Assembly: GCA_951406725.2 (NCBI GenBank)
Contig: OX597835.1
Coordinates: forward strand, 26,846,001-26,910,000
Direction: 5' to 3'
Length of the DNA stretch: 64,000 bases
Source of the DNA: Octopus vulgaris
Taxonomy: Eukaryota
Part shown: positions 1 through 13,537 of the stretch, piece by piece
How positions within the stretch are numbered: the stretch's first letter is position 1
Layout of the letters: every line of letters begins with the position of its first letter
Notes under the pieces: generated by a model
What the model saw: only the letters and a program-made list of their open reading frames with translations
Databases searched by the model: none
What the model was told of the DNA's origin: nothing
Position numbers and translations under genes: made by a program

Positions 1-177
1 TCTCAAGCATAAACACACACACAACACATAACACACACAGACACACAGATATATATACATACATGGATGCATGCAAAACAAAAGCACACACGTGCGCGCA
101 CGCACGAGCACACACAGCGCACATGATATTAGGCGTGTGTATGTACGTGTGTGTGTGTGTGTGTCGTTGTGTATGTA

Positions 178-316
178 TTTGTCTCCCACACACCCCTTTG
201 ACAACCGGTGTTGTAATGTTTACGTCCCCGTAACTTAGCGGTTCGGCAAAAGATGCCGGTGGAAAGACTGTCAGGCTTAACAAAAGAACAAGTGCTGGAA
301 TCATTTCATTCGACTA
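178..316 (+). mobile_element. SINE family B, degenerate 3' part
   Basis: ttgacaaccggtgttg...tttacgtccccgtaacttagcggttcggcaaaaga matches the B body (compare 55675-55740). Confidence 0.75.
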
Positions 317-724
317 CCTATACACACACACACACACATACATACACACACATGCATATACACACGTATACATATTTACATGCTAAGTGGCACACACACA
401 CACACATACACATTCATAGGGACACGTTATGCACAATTATCAGCACACATACGCACACATATAGCATGTGTGCATATAAACACACTTGAGACACAAACGT
501 GTTTATCTTCACACGGTTTATATAAACAAACATGATTTGAAACCATAAAAAAGCGTACACATTAATGGATACACACACACACACACATATATATACACAC
601 ATACACTTACAAAAACAAAAGCGATCGAACAAGAGAGAATCGAGCTGCTAAAAATAGCAGTCAAATTTCTGAAACCAATTGAGGAAGTACATACTTTATT
701 CCGACACTCTGTAAGTCGGAATAA

Positions 725-1238
725 AAATAATAATAATAATCTTTTCTAGTAAAGGCCTGAAATTTTCGGAAAGGGGACTAGTCGATTACATCGACCCCAG
801 TAGTCAACTGGTACTTATTTTATCGATCACGAAAAAATGAATGGTAAAGTCGACGAAATACCTATTTCTTTACTACCCACAAGGGACTAAACAAGGACAG
901 ACAAACGGATTAAGTCGATTATATCGACCCCAGTGCGTAACTGGTACTTATTTAATCGACCCTGAAAGTCGACCTCGGCGGAATTTGAACTCAGAACGTA
1001 GCGGCAGACGAAATACCTATTTCTTTACTACCCACAAGGGGCTAAACACAGAGGGGACAAACAAGGACAGACAAACGGATTAAGTCGATTATATTGACCC
1101 CAGTGCGTAACTGGTACTTATTTAATCGACCCCGAAAGTCGACCTCGGCGGAATTTGAACTCAGAACGTAACCGCAGACGAAATACCACTAAGCAAGCAT
1201 TTCGCCCGGCGTGCTAACATTTCTACAAGCTTGCGCCT
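725..1238 (-). mobile_element. SINE family A (tRNA-derived, Meta-domain-like core), tandem multimer
   Basis: Minus strand: one head, then repeated ~165-bp body units (gttcaaattccgccgaggtcgac...aagtaccagttacgcactggggtcgat), ending in an (ATT)n tail near 725-740. Confidence 0.8.
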
Positions 1239-1259
1239 TAATTTTTATTATTCTTGTTG

Positions 1260-1301
<42 letters not shown>

Positions 1302-1445
1302 ATCATTATTATTATTATTATTAAGAGAAACAAAAAGAAAGTGGTCACGGAAGGAACGTCTTTGATCAAAAATCTCCGCGACCAGGGATAATCCGGGTGT
1401 AAACAATGATACGAATATAACAATCTACGCACATGCACGCGCGCT

Positions 1446-1485
<40 letters not shown>

Positions 1486-1537
1486 GCTTGACTATATTGG
1501 AAACGGTGTTAGCCAATAGTGATATATGACTCAAAGA

Positions 1538-1573
<36 letters not shown>

Positions 1574-1844
1574 TCATGCAAACACGTGTATGTGTTTGTG
1601 TGTATGCGTCTTACGTGTGTGTGTGTGCGTGCGCCAGACACACACCCACATATGCATTCATCGAAACACACACATACACACACGTACAGTTACTTCTACA
1701 ACAACGTGGCGGTTCGAGTCGGTCGGTCTTCTAGTAATAGAAGCCAGATGTTCTTCAGACGACCGCTCGGACCGTTCTTAAATAAAGGTCTCAATAAATA
1801 AATCTTGCATAAATTAACAGGCCGGTTCTCTAAGAAGAGAATCT

Positions 1845-1945
1845 TCATCCGAGACAATGAAAGGTGAAGTCGACTTCGGAAGCATTCGAACTCAGAACGA
1901 AACGGCGGACGAAATGCCGCCGTACATTTTGTCCGGCGCGGTAAC
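1845..1945 (-). mobile_element. SINE family A, degenerate fragment
   Basis: atgaaaggtgaagtcgacttcgg...gaactcagaacg matches family A. Confidence 0.65.
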
Positions 1946-1954
1946 AATTGATCA

Positions 1955-1961
1955 TATACAT

Positions 1962-2012
<51 letters not shown>

Positions 2013-2340
2013 TATATACATACATATATACAAAAATTCATACATACATACACACACACACACACATACATACATATATATACATACATACATACATACA
2101 TACATACATACATACATACATACATGCATACATACATACATATATACATACATACATAAATACACACATACATACATATATACATACATACATATATACA
2201 TAAATTCATACATACATACACACACATATTCACACATACATACATACATACATATATATACATACATACAGACATATATACATACATGCCCACACACATA
2301 CATACATACATACATATACATACATGCATACATACATATG
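1955..2340. repeat. (TACA)n/(CA)n compound microsatellite
   Basis: Seen directly. Confidence 0.95.
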
Positions 2341-2543
2341 TACAAAGATAAAAGACAAACGTATTCTATTGCGGAGATGTACGCAGTGAAATGAATCAAA
2401 CACGCGCACGCATGTATATAATATGCATACATAGATGTATACGTTATATACGCTTTGGATGTACATATGCATTTATATACACACATACACAAGCACGTGT
2501 ATACATATACATGTTTCTCATTCAGAGATTTAGAACTAATAAT

Positions 2544-2617
<74 letters not shown>

Positions 2618-2650
2618 ATCTATACACATACACATACGTACATATGTATA

Positions 2651-2802
2651 TAAATTCCGCTGAGGTCGACTTTGCCTTTTATCGTTTCGGGGTCGATAAA
2701 TTTAGTACCAGTTACGCACTGGGGTTGATGTAATCGACTTAATCCCTTTGTCTGTCTTTGTTTGTCCCCTCTGTATTTACCCCTGTGTGTAGTAAAGAAA
2801 TA
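2651..2802 (+). mobile_element. SINE family A, 5'-truncated
   Basis: aaattccgctgaggtcgactttgccttt...gtagtaaagaaata. Confidence 0.8.
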
Positions 2803-3074
2803 TATATATATATACGCATATATACACACATACATGCATGCATGCATAAATACATACATATATACATAGTAAAGTTATGTAGATTTATTCAAAAATATTT
2901 CCTAGCAGACAGTCCTGCGAGTGGTGGGCGGAGTTAAAAGTACAAAATGTGTGATTATATGAACAACAATGCTACGCACACACACACACACACACATACA
3001 CACACACAGAATCGCATATGTACATGTGTCTGTTATATATAAAAAAATATATGTATGTATGTATGTGTATGTAT

Positions 3075-3204
3075 GTATCTATCAATCTCTCTCTCTATCT
3101 GTCTGTCTGACTATCTATCTATCTATCAATCTGTCTGTCTGTCTGTCTGTCTGTCAGTCAGTCAGTCAGTCAGTCAGTCAGTCAGTCAGTCAGTCAGTCA
3201 GTCA

Positions 3205-3255
<51 letters not shown>

Positions 3256-3256
3256 A

Positions 3257-3316
<60 letters not shown>

Positions 3317-3335
3317 GTCAATCTATCTGTCTGTT
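3075..3335. repeat. (TCTG)n/(TCAG)n/(TCTA)n tetranucleotide array
   Basis: Seen directly. Confidence 0.95.
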
Positions 3336-3489
3336 TGTGTGCGCGCGTGTGTGTGTGTTGTGTTGTGTCGAAACAGTTGTAGCGAATAATAAACAAATGT
3401 CCAACCCGTACTCCCTCTTCCTGATTCCAATTTCCTCAATCTCATATCCACACACACACCTCGAATGCTCAATTTTAGGGTTCGAAGTA

Positions 3490-3717
3490 CGGTATTCCCT
3501 CACCACATCGCGGTTAACCTATCGCGGTTTATCACTTAAGCTTACGTCGATTCCTCCGCGGTGTTGATTTTGCATTTGTAACAAAATAAATAGATACAAA
3601 TCACAAAAATAAATCTAAAAAATATACAGTGCAGTACTGATTCTACTTCGCGGATTTTCACCTACCGCAGGGTGGAGGATTGGAACATAACACCCGCGAT
3701 AGTCGTGGGATTTACTG
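3490..3717. mobile_element. Tc1/pogo(Tigger)-like MITE
   Basis: Imperfect TIRs TA|cggtattccctcaccacatcgcgg and ccgcgatagtcgtgggatttactg|TA, with TA on both sides. Confidence 0.6.
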
Positions 3718-3825
3718 TATATATGATATTGGGTTATTCTGAAGGCGGTGGAGCCCTGAACTGTACACTAACACGTTCCTAACGGAATACAACTTAGCTA
3801 TATATATATATGTATGTATATGTAT

Positions 3826-3866
3826 GTTCTGGTGTAAGGTATCTTGTTCACCACCATCTTCAGGGA
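3826..3866 (-). ncRNA. Degenerate hammerhead-like motif (PLE remnant)
   Basis: Minus strand CTGAAGA-TGGTG-(loop)-CACCA-GAAC. GAAA is changed to GAAC and stem III is lost. Confidence 0.35.
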
Positions 3867-3934
3867 AGTCCTGTTGGAATCTAGAGAAGGCGGGGTGGTA
3901 CATGTAGTAGTAAGCGATACAAGGTATGGTTCTG

Positions 3935-4897
3935 TGTGCGTATGTGTGTGTGTATGTGTGAGTCTACGAGTATATATATGTATGTATGTTTGTGAGCATT
4001 TGTGTTTGTGTGAGCGTTTGATCGTGTGTGTGTGTGTATGTGTGTGTGCGAGTGTATACATGTATGTGTGTGTGCATTTGTGTGTGTGTGTGGTTGTGTA
4101 TGCATTTGAGCGTGTGTGTGTGTGTGCGAGTGTATATGTGTGTGTGTGTTTGTGTGTGCATTTGAGCGTGTGTGAGTGTGTGTGCATTTGTGTGTGTTTT
4201 GTGTTTGTGTGCATTTGAGCGTGTGTGGGTATGTGTATGTGTGTGCGCGTGCGAGTGTATATAAGTATGTGTGTGTGCATTTGAGCGTGTGTGTGTGTGT
4301 GTGTGTGCGAGTGTATGTGTGTGTGTGTGTTTGTGTATGCATTTGAGCCTATGTGTGTGTGTGCGAGTGCATATATGTATGTGTGTGTGCATTTGTGTGT
4401 GTTTTGTGTTTGCGTGTGCATTTGAGCGTGTGTGGGTATGTGTATGTGTGCGCGCGTGCGAGTGTATATATGATATATGTATATGTGTGCGTATTTGTGT
4501 GTATGCTTTGTGTTTTTGTGTACATTTGAGCGTATGTGTGTGTGTACGAGTGTATATATGTATCTGTCTGTGTTTTGTGTTTGTGTCGGTATGTGTGTGC
4601 GCGCGCGCGTGCTTGTGTATGTACATTTGTGTGTATGTTTTGTGCTTGTGTGTGCATTTGTGTGCTTGCAAGTGTATATTTGTATGTGTGTTTTCTGTTT
4701 GTGTCTGCATTTGGGTGTATGTGCGTGTGTGTTTGTGTGTGGTCGACTGTATTTGTGTGCGTGTATACCTGCATGCATATGTGTGTGCGGGCGTGCGTGT
4801 GCGCATCTAAGTGTATATATGCATGTATGTGTTCGTCTGTTTGTGTGTGTGTGTGTGCAATTGTGTGTGTGCGTGTGTTTCCGTTGGTGTGCGTATG

Positions 4898-4900
<3 letters not shown>
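3935..4900. repeat. (GT)n-derived higher-order minisatellite
   Basis: Recurring gtgcatttgagcgtgtgtg and gtgcgagtgtata motifs within (GT)n. Confidence 0.85.
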
Positions 4901-4928
<28 letters not shown>

Positions 4929-5255
4929 CTACGATGTCTGTGTGAAATTACGCTACATCCTCATTTGACATGATGGAGAGAAAACCAAGATGTGGAAACT
5001 GAAGGGGGGGGGGTGTTTGTTGTGTTCGTTGCGAGATGTACTGAGGATGTTGCGATGTTGTTGTGATGCATAGTAATGTATTGTGTTGTGTATGGTTGTG
5101 TTGTGTTGTGTTGTGTTGTGTGGGTGACGTTGTGATGGGGAAATTTCTTCTGCCTTTGTACTGTGAAGAAATGTAGTGCGTATGTTGTGATGTTTTTGTG
5201 TAATGCAATGCGGCGTGTATTGTTGTTGGATAATGGGCTACGTATAATGCGAGGA

Positions 5256-5465
5256 CGATGATGATGATGATGATGATGATGATGAAGATGATGACCATGA
5301 TGATGATGATGATGATGATGATGAAGATGATGGCCATGATGATGATGATGATGATGATGATGATATTGATGATGATGATGATGATGTTGATGATGATGAT
5401 GATGAAGATGATGATGGTGGTGGTGGTGGTGATGGTAGTAGTGGTGGAAGTGGAGGTGGTGATGG
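5256..5465. repeat. (GAT)n/(GGT)n trinucleotide microsatellite
   Basis: Seen directly. Confidence 0.95.
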
Positions 5466-5862
5466 TAACGGTATAGAGATAGTAGTTTGGGTTGTTTTGT
5501 TAGAAATGATGACGGTGCGTAGTGGTGGTTGTGGTGGTGGTGTTCATAGTAGTTAAGAGATAAAAGACAGACACAAAGAAAGAGAAAGAGAGAGAGAGAG
5601 AGAGCAAGAGAGAGAGAGAAGAGAAAAAAAGAGTAACAGAAAGACAAAGGGTGACAGACAGATAGGTGGATGAATGGATACATATATATATATATGTATA
5701 TATATTCAGCAAATCTTTGCTGAACCCTAATTATGAAATATTACTTGGGTTTACCGAGAAATGGTCCCTTTTCATGCCGAATTCTACTTGGTGAAATTAT
5801 TGATTACTAGTTGATTAATTAAATTTACCCTTTGTTATTATTGATAATATAATTTTCTCCCG

Positions 5863-5914
<52 letters not shown>

Positions 5915-6654
5915 TACATACATACATACAGACAGATAGATAGATACATACATAGATAGATAGATAGGTATAGAGAGAGAGAATCGGATAGAAAGAGAGA
6001 GGTGGACAGACAGAGAGAAGATAGAGAGAGCCAGAGACAGGGAAAGGCAGAGAGACGGTAGAAAGAAAGAGAATCGAAGAGACAGAGAGAATGTAGAGAG
6101 AAAGAGAGAGGCGGATGAGATAGACAGAAAAAAGTAGAGAGAGAGAGAGAAAGGGACAGAATGAGCGAAGACAGACAATGAGAGAGGAAGACAGACAGAA
6201 GACAGAAAGAGAAAGATGGGAGATAGATAGAAAGAGAATGAGAGAGAGAGAGTGGGGTGGACAGAGAGACAGAGAGCAGATAGGGAGAATGGGAGAGAGA
6301 GAGAGAGAGAGACAGGGAGAGATGGTGTATGTATGAGTCAGCAACAGTGACAATGTATCTAGGCTGGTGGGATATCCTCGCACCCGAAACTTGTTGTTGA
6401 TATTGATATTGTTGCTGTTGTTGATGTTGCAGCTCATACAAACTGCTTGTTGCTGCTGCCGGTGCTGCTACAGTTGATGCTGCTGTTGCTGATGTGGCTG
6501 TTGCTGTCGTTCCTATTGCTGTTGCTGTTGTAGCTTGTTGTATTCAGAGTGCTATGGGGGTCAGGAGCAGCTGTGAAATGACCGTGACACACCGCTAGCA
6601 TCAGAACGGACCGCAGCTGTCCTTGTATTTTAAGCAAAAGGAAATACACACACA

Positions 6655-6945
<291 letters not shown>

Positions 6946-7054
6946 ATATGTTGTCAACACGGGATTTGACGGTTTCCAGCATAAACATTATATCCTATTA
7001 TCTTTTTATCAATCCATCTATCTATCAATATATATATATATATATATGTATATA

Positions 7055-7113
<59 letters not shown>

Positions 7114-7231
7114 ATACACATACATACATACATACACACATAATTATCTGTATCCTTCAATCAATCTATCGATCTATCTACCGGTATACGTGTGTGTGTA
7201 CATATGTTTAGATAGACAGATTGACAAACAG

Positions 7232-7267
<36 letters not shown>

Positions 7268-7672
7268 ACAGATAGATAGATAGAAAGCTACAATCATGCA
7301 TGCATGCATGCATACAATACGTACATATGCAGTTCTTTATTTCTGTCAATCAATTAATGTCTTACTATCTAGCTATTCTTTCCCTTGTACTTATCGCTCT
7401 CTATATGCACAGACAAACTCACACACACACACACACACACGCACGCACATACAAGTCGTAAATTGCACATGGTTGCTTTACGTGGTTACTGGTTACTATA
7501 GCTCCGTGCCAACCGAAATCATTATTTGAGTCAAATAGACACAGGTCTAAATTGATCTGCATCTCATCAGACCTTACCTACCTACCTACATACCTACCTA
7601 CATATGCATGCGTTTATGTATGCAATTTTGTATACATCTGTGTGTATGTTGATATACATATGCATACACATG

Positions 7673-7746
<74 letters not shown>

Positions 7747-7874
7747 CTCATATAATATATGATTGTTGCCACTACTATTACTAAGAGTCTTACCACGGCA
7801 TCTACAGCCAGTACATTGCCAATAGTACCACCTTCGCAACACGATAACCTTGCCACCACTACTATGGCTTGCAA

Positions 7875-7997
7875 CAGCCCGGGCAAGCGTCTTCTGCAAT
7901 AGCTCCGGGCCAAACAGCGGCTGTGAATGAATCTGGTGGGCGGAAAGTGTACGGAAGCACGTCGCATGTGTATACATACACACATACATACATATGA

Positions 7998-8064
<67 letters not shown>

Positions 8065-8212
8065 TAAATATATACACACACACATAGATATATAGACATA
8101 TACACACACACACATATATATATATGTATGTATATATATATGCACATACATACATATATACACATATATATACATACGCATGTGTATATATATACATATA
8201 TATATATTATAT

Positions 8213-8271
<59 letters not shown>

Positions 8272-8470
8272 GTTTGCGTTTGTCCCCACAATTATTACTT
8301 GGCTATTGCTGTTTGTATCCCCCGTAACTTAAGAGACCGATAGGAATAAGCGCCAGACTTTTTTCTTTTTCTTTTTCAAAAAGAAAAAAAGAGTGCCGCC
8401 GATCTGTTTCACTAAAGTCTCCAGCTTGGCCGCAGTCCAACGGCTGCAAAAAAAAGGAAAAGATAAAAAA
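7875..8470 (+). mobile_element. SINE family B, degenerate, with expanded internal (TA)n
   Basis: gggcaagcgtcttctgcaatagc...gaatctggtgggcggaaa (5' half) and ccccgtaactt...ccagcttggccgcagtc (3' half). Confidence 0.6.
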
Positions 8471-8940
8471 GCAAAAGGACTAGAGGACAAATAGAAGATA
8501 AGATTGAAGACTGGGGATGTCCTGAAGACATTTCTCTGCGTATATCAACGGAGACAATGAGGTCAGTCTTAATGGAAGATCTATTGGGTCAATAATGAAC
8601 GAAGAACAACTAAAAGTCATTCACCTGGCAGTAGTACTGACTCGGGGCCAGTGCTGCCTGAAAGAATGGGCACACTAAACCCCTCAGCGCCCGAGTCTAG
8701 GAGCCCAATTATGATCCATGCATGCTGTGGTTTACTGTCAATGGATAAATACTATAGCGTTCTGTGCATTGATTTACCTGGGGACCTCATTCTGTTCTTT
8801 GAATGTTATGGTTTGCTGTCAATAAAAAGAGATTATAGGGCCCACAGTATTGAATAGCTCCGGGACCTCATTTGCCTAGAGACCCGTGAGTTGCTGTCAA
8901 TAAATAAATAATATTGACAATAATATAATAATATTGACAC

Positions 8941-9350
8941 GCGCAGGAGTGGCTGTGTAGGCGCAGGAGTAGCTGTGTGGTAAGTAGCTTGTTTACCAAC
9001 CACATGGTTCCGAGTTCAGTCCCACTGCGTGGCACCTTGGGCAAGTGTCTTCTACTATAGCCTCGGGCAGACCAAAGCCTTATGAGTGGATTTGGTAGAC
9101 GGAAACTGAAAGAAGTCCGTTGTATATATTTATATATATGTATGTGCGTGTATGTTTGTCCCCCTAGCATTGCTTGACAACCGATGCTGGTGTGTTTATG
9201 TCCCCGTTACTTAGCGGTTCGGCAAAAGAGACCGATAGAATAAGTACTGGGCTTACAAAGAATAAGTTCCGGGGTCGAGTTGCTCGATTAAAGGCGGTGC
9301 TCCAGCATGGCCGCAGTCAAATGACTGAAACAAGTAAAAAGAGAAAGAGA
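8941..9350 (+). mobile_element. SINE family B (tRNA head + CORE-like domain + LINE-like tail), full length
   Basis: A box tggctgtgtgg, B box gagttcagtccc, CORE-like ccttgggcaagtgtctt, tail ccagcatggccgcagtcaaatgactgaaacaag. The first ~20 bp are duplicated. Confidence 0.9.
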
Positions 9351-9376
9351 GAATATAAAGGTTAAAAGGGTAAAAT

Positions 9377-9479
9377 CCTCTTCGGTCATGAATGACCATG
9401 GAAATGCGCCATGGGAATCAAACTCGCTACCCCATGATTATGAGATCGACGCTCTAACCACTGAGCCATGCGCCTTCAC
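9377..9479 (-). mobile_element. SINE family D, internally deleted
   Basis: Head ggcgcatggctcagtggttagagcgtcg joined to the tail end ...catggtcattcatgaccgaagagg. Confidence 0.65.
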
Positions 9480-10119
9480 ATCATCTGAGAAACGCCGAGT
9501 TGGCGTGAATCAGCCAAGCTTTACCTGCTAGAAATAGCAACCTAAATGCTTTTAAATTGAATCTCAAAACTGGATGTTCAAGAACCAAATGAAGGGCAGA
9601 TTTTGGTATCAACCTGATTCCAAAATGGTATGTCTAAGTAGATTGAGATACAGGGGGTCTCAGAACGGACAGACAGGATTTCGCGTTTGTTATTATAAAT
9701 GGGGAAAGAAAAAAACTAATACCAGTAATTAATTATGTGTAATTAGCCCTTCATGTGCTCAGATCTAGAATCTGGATGGAGAAAGGTGTATTTGTCTTTC
9801 TTGCGTTTGAATAATCCAGGGTTCTGGGTATTGTGTCCCGAATCGCAACATATGTGGTCCTATCATTACCGTTTCTGTATCATTTTTCTTAATTTTCATT
9901 TTATTTTCGTCATGCGCTACTATTGTTGGTTTCGCCATTTCGTCCGACCTGACTACATCACCCTCCCTCACCCAACACCCATCACCCAACTTTGTCGTTA
10001 TTACGTATTTTGTTTGTTTTGAATTTCCTTCTCTGTCCTGCATGCTCTCGCAACGTGTTAGGCTGTTATGACCAAGGAAGCATCCCCTCCCCCACACCCA
10101 TTATTACCATCACCACAAC

Positions 10120-10310
<191 letters not shown>

Positions 10311-10364
10311 CGGTCATGCTAGTCTTCTTTATCTCAGAAGCCTTCGAGAAAAATAGCAACAGCA

Positions 10365-10730
10365 GTGGAGGCGCAATGGCCCACTGGTTAGGGCAGCGGA
10401 CTTGTAATCGGAGGATCGCGGTTTCGATTCCCAGACCGGGCGTTGTGTGTGTTTATTGAGTGAAAATACCTAAAGCTCCACGAGGCTCCGGCAGGGAATG
10501 GTGGCAACCTCTGTTGTACTCTCTCGCTCCAACTTTCTCTCACCCTTTCTTCCTGCTTCTTATCTCCGACTTCCTACGCAACCGCTGAGCCTGGATGCGC
10601 ATTCATCCATCCGTCGATGCTCTCAGTGTCGGGGGTTGACCTGCTTTCTCTTCTGCGGGTCTTACAAATAGCAAAGACCACGTTTCGGACTTCTCCCACT
10701 ACAGGACGAAGACCGCTTCGCTCAACAAAC
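10365..10730 (+). mobile_element. SINE family C, tail type 1
   Basis: tRNA-like head gtggaggcgcaatggcccactggttagggc...ggtttcgattcccagaccggg. Candidate TSD aatagcaaca at 10352 and 10731. Confidence 0.85.
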
Positions 10731-10964
10731 AATAGCAACAACAAAAATAAAAACAAGGCAAATATAATTATATATGAAGAAAATAGACAAACAGCCAGTC
10801 AGACTGACAGACCGCAAATCTTGCGGGTGACGCCGATATACGAAGTTCCCAGTCTTATAAGGCATGAAATTAGGTATTAGTGTTTTTCGGTCGATAACTG
10901 ATGAAGCATTAGGGTTCTGTCCTATGTGTATATTTTGTAGTATTTAATGCATTTTATCACACAC

Positions 10965-11044
<80 letters not shown>

Positions 11045-11466
11045 GTTAGTTAATTTTTTGGCTCAAAAAGCAAAAAAGCTAGGCCATGTAGGGGGACATG
11101 GAGTTATGTACTGGGTGGTGTTCATGTAAAGAGTTCAGGCCACTTGTGGTCAAGGGAGACTTTGAACCGAGCGGTCGTCGGCATCTTCACCATCTCGTCC
11201 GGCAGCTTATTCCACGGATCCGCAACCCGGACGGAGAAAGCCCCTCTCCTACGATTGAGATGAAATCGTCGCAGATAGAGCTTTTCGGAGTGACCCCCGC
11301 AGCGACGCTCTGGAGCAGGAGTGAAGAACAGCTCATTCGAGAGGTTACTCTTTCCGCTTATGATGTTGTGAGCAAGAATAAGATCACCACGGCGTCGTCG
11401 TTTTTCTAGAGAATAAAGGTCGAGCGTCTTCAGCCTTTCTTCATAAGACAAATTCTTGAGACCAAG
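11045..11466 (-). mobile_element. CR1-clade LINE, 3' fragment (ORF2 C-terminus + 3' UTR)
   Basis: ORF 11122-11499: SYEERLKTLDLYSLEKRRRRGDLI...FSVRVADPWNKLP is the typical CR1 ORF2 C-terminal signature. The 3' end runs into (CTAT)n. Confidence 0.9.
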
Positions 11467-11524
11467 ATCTAAATAGATTATTATTTCTAAATCTCTCAAA
11501 GAGAGACATTCAGTAACAGTTCTT

Positions 11525-11725
11525 TAAAGTAAAGGCATTTGCCAACGTAAGGTGGCTGTCCCGAAAGGAACGATTGTTACTGTTGTTTCAGCCCCAAGAA
11601 ACATCGTTACCAGCTGGCCATACGACACAATATCTGTGTCCCTATATTTTCGAACAAGCTAAAACAACAATAATAACGTCCCTTTCGAGATAGCCACATT
11701 ATGTTGGCAAAAAGCCTTTACTTTA
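11525..11725. mobile_element. Fold-back/MITE-like element with ~45-70 bp imperfect inverted ends
   Basis: taaagtaaaggcatttgccaacgtaaggtggctgtcccgaaagg versus cctttcgagatagccacattatgttggcaaaaagcctttacttta. The central part resembles 63195-63260. Confidence 0.65.
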
Positions 11726-11731
11726 TATGTG

Positions 11732-11783
<52 letters not shown>

Positions 11784-11784
11784 G

Positions 11785-12690
11785 AAGCAGTGTCACATGT
11801 TGAAAATCTTGCATATTTCTTCCAATGGTCCACTCAACTGATAGCATTTGAAATTTGGAATGCGCGTGTTAGCTTGTTGACATTTTTTCACCATCTTCTG
11901 ACAGCCTCAACTTTTCCAGATTCTCACTCAGGCATTTTCGCACAAAACTAAATGCATCTATTATCATTGATACAGATGTGGGATCTTTTCGGTTTGAACG
12001 GCAGTTTTTAACATAATTTATAGGTAATAAACACTTTTAACTTCGTATACTGGTAGAATTGTTTATCTTTTTCTATTGGCTTTATTGAGAAAATTCTATA
12101 GTTTGTAAGATATTTGTTGCTTTTTTTCCTTCAATTTCTGCAATTTCAACCAATCAATGACGTCCAATGAGGTAAAAACACATTCTGTGCCGTATGAATA
12201 TGTCCCTCGTTCAAGAAACAGATTGGGTTTATTTACATTTGTGAAGAAAAAAAGACACCCTTCCCCCCACCCCTAACCCTAACCCTAAAACAGATTGAAA
12301 TGAAATAGATCGATACTAGGGTCATAATTATGGGTGACAATTTCATATGACACCGCTAGAAAAAACTGCCGTTCAAACCGAAAAGATCCCAGATGTGCAT
12401 TCATAATCCACATTTCGAAGCAGTTGTCCATAGTAATCTCTTTTCTCCTTGGTTTTCAAAGAGTTATTTACATTAACGGCGCAGCTAACGTCTATGGCCG
12501 TACATACTTTGTGTTGTCTGTCCCAAACAACAATATCCGATCTCTCTCTATTTTCATTCCAGAACATTTTTTCCGGATGGCATTGTTTATTGTTTTAGCG
12601 AAACATCATATTGCATTGCAAGTTAGCATGACAATGAAATTTTGGGGCAGCTGTCGATTAAATGTGTGATATCTCACACAGAAATGTGAC
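11785..12690 (-). pseudogene. Remnant of an RLE-type non-LTR retrotransposon (R4/Dong/NeSL-like), split by a MITE
   Basis: Minus strand gives a zinc-knuckle-like DITHLIDSCPK, then RSDIVVWDRQHKVCTAIDVSC...KEKRDYYGQL (PD-D-K..Y endonuclease motif). It continues left of the MITE as IIDAFSFVRKCLSENLEKL. Confidence 0.7.
11981..12389. mobile_element. MITE with perfect 29-bp TIRs, 8-bp TSD and internal (CCCTAA)3
   Basis: TIR ggatcttttcggtttgaacggcagttttt (11981-12009) and its complement (12361-12389). TSD cagatgtg at 11973-11980 and 12390-12397. Confidence 0.9.
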
Positions 12691-12885
12691 CTGTGTGTGT
12701 GTATTCTCTTCCGCTTTTTAATTTAGAGTAAACCTTTGACCGGCCGCCAACTTGGTAGCAAGGTTGTGAAGGGTAGCATCTTGTATTAACCACCGTCCCT
12801 TAAATCTTAATTAGGTGCTGCAGATTTTGTAGCGTATGATTTAAGGATTTTGTTCTCTCCCCAAGAACCCGAGTTCAACCATATG

Positions 12886-12919
<34 letters not shown>

Positions 12920-12955
12920 TGTATGTATGTATGTATGTATTCATGCAAGTATCTG

Positions 12956-13026
<71 letters not shown>

Positions 13027-13380
13027 GTCAGTCGGTCTGTCTATTTACCTATACATCTATTAGTCTATCTATCTAATTGTCTGTCTGCCTGCTATCTGTC
13101 TATGCATATTTGTATGTACATAAATATGTATATACATGTATATACGTAAATGTGTATATTTGTAAGTACGTATGTATGCGTGGCATGAATGTATGCACGT
13201 ATGTTTATAGGTACGTATGTATGCATGTACATAAGTAAATCTTTTTATATATATCTAGGTGCATGTATATATGTACGTATGTTTGAAGGTATGCATGTAT
13301 GTATGCATGTCTAACTGTCTTTGAGTACGTAGTGGCAGAAAGAGCATATTTACTTAATAAAGATACGCACATGGACATTC

Positions 13381-13496
13381 ATGTGTGTGTGTGATAGAGA
13401 GAGAGAGTGTGTGTGTATGTGTGAGAGAGAGAGTGTGTGTGTGTGTGAGAGAGAGAGTGTGTGAGAGAGTGTGTGTGTGTGTGAGAGAGTGTGTGT

Positions 13497-13537
<41 letters not shown>

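Noticed and set aside
5748-5798. Pre-miRNA-like hairpin
   Set aside because: Only a ~9-bp outer stem forms, the inner region is unpaired, and I recognise no mature miRNA.
12271-12288. Chromosome end or fusion scar
   Set aside because: There are only three CCCTAA units, and they lie inside a TIR/TSD-bounded MITE.
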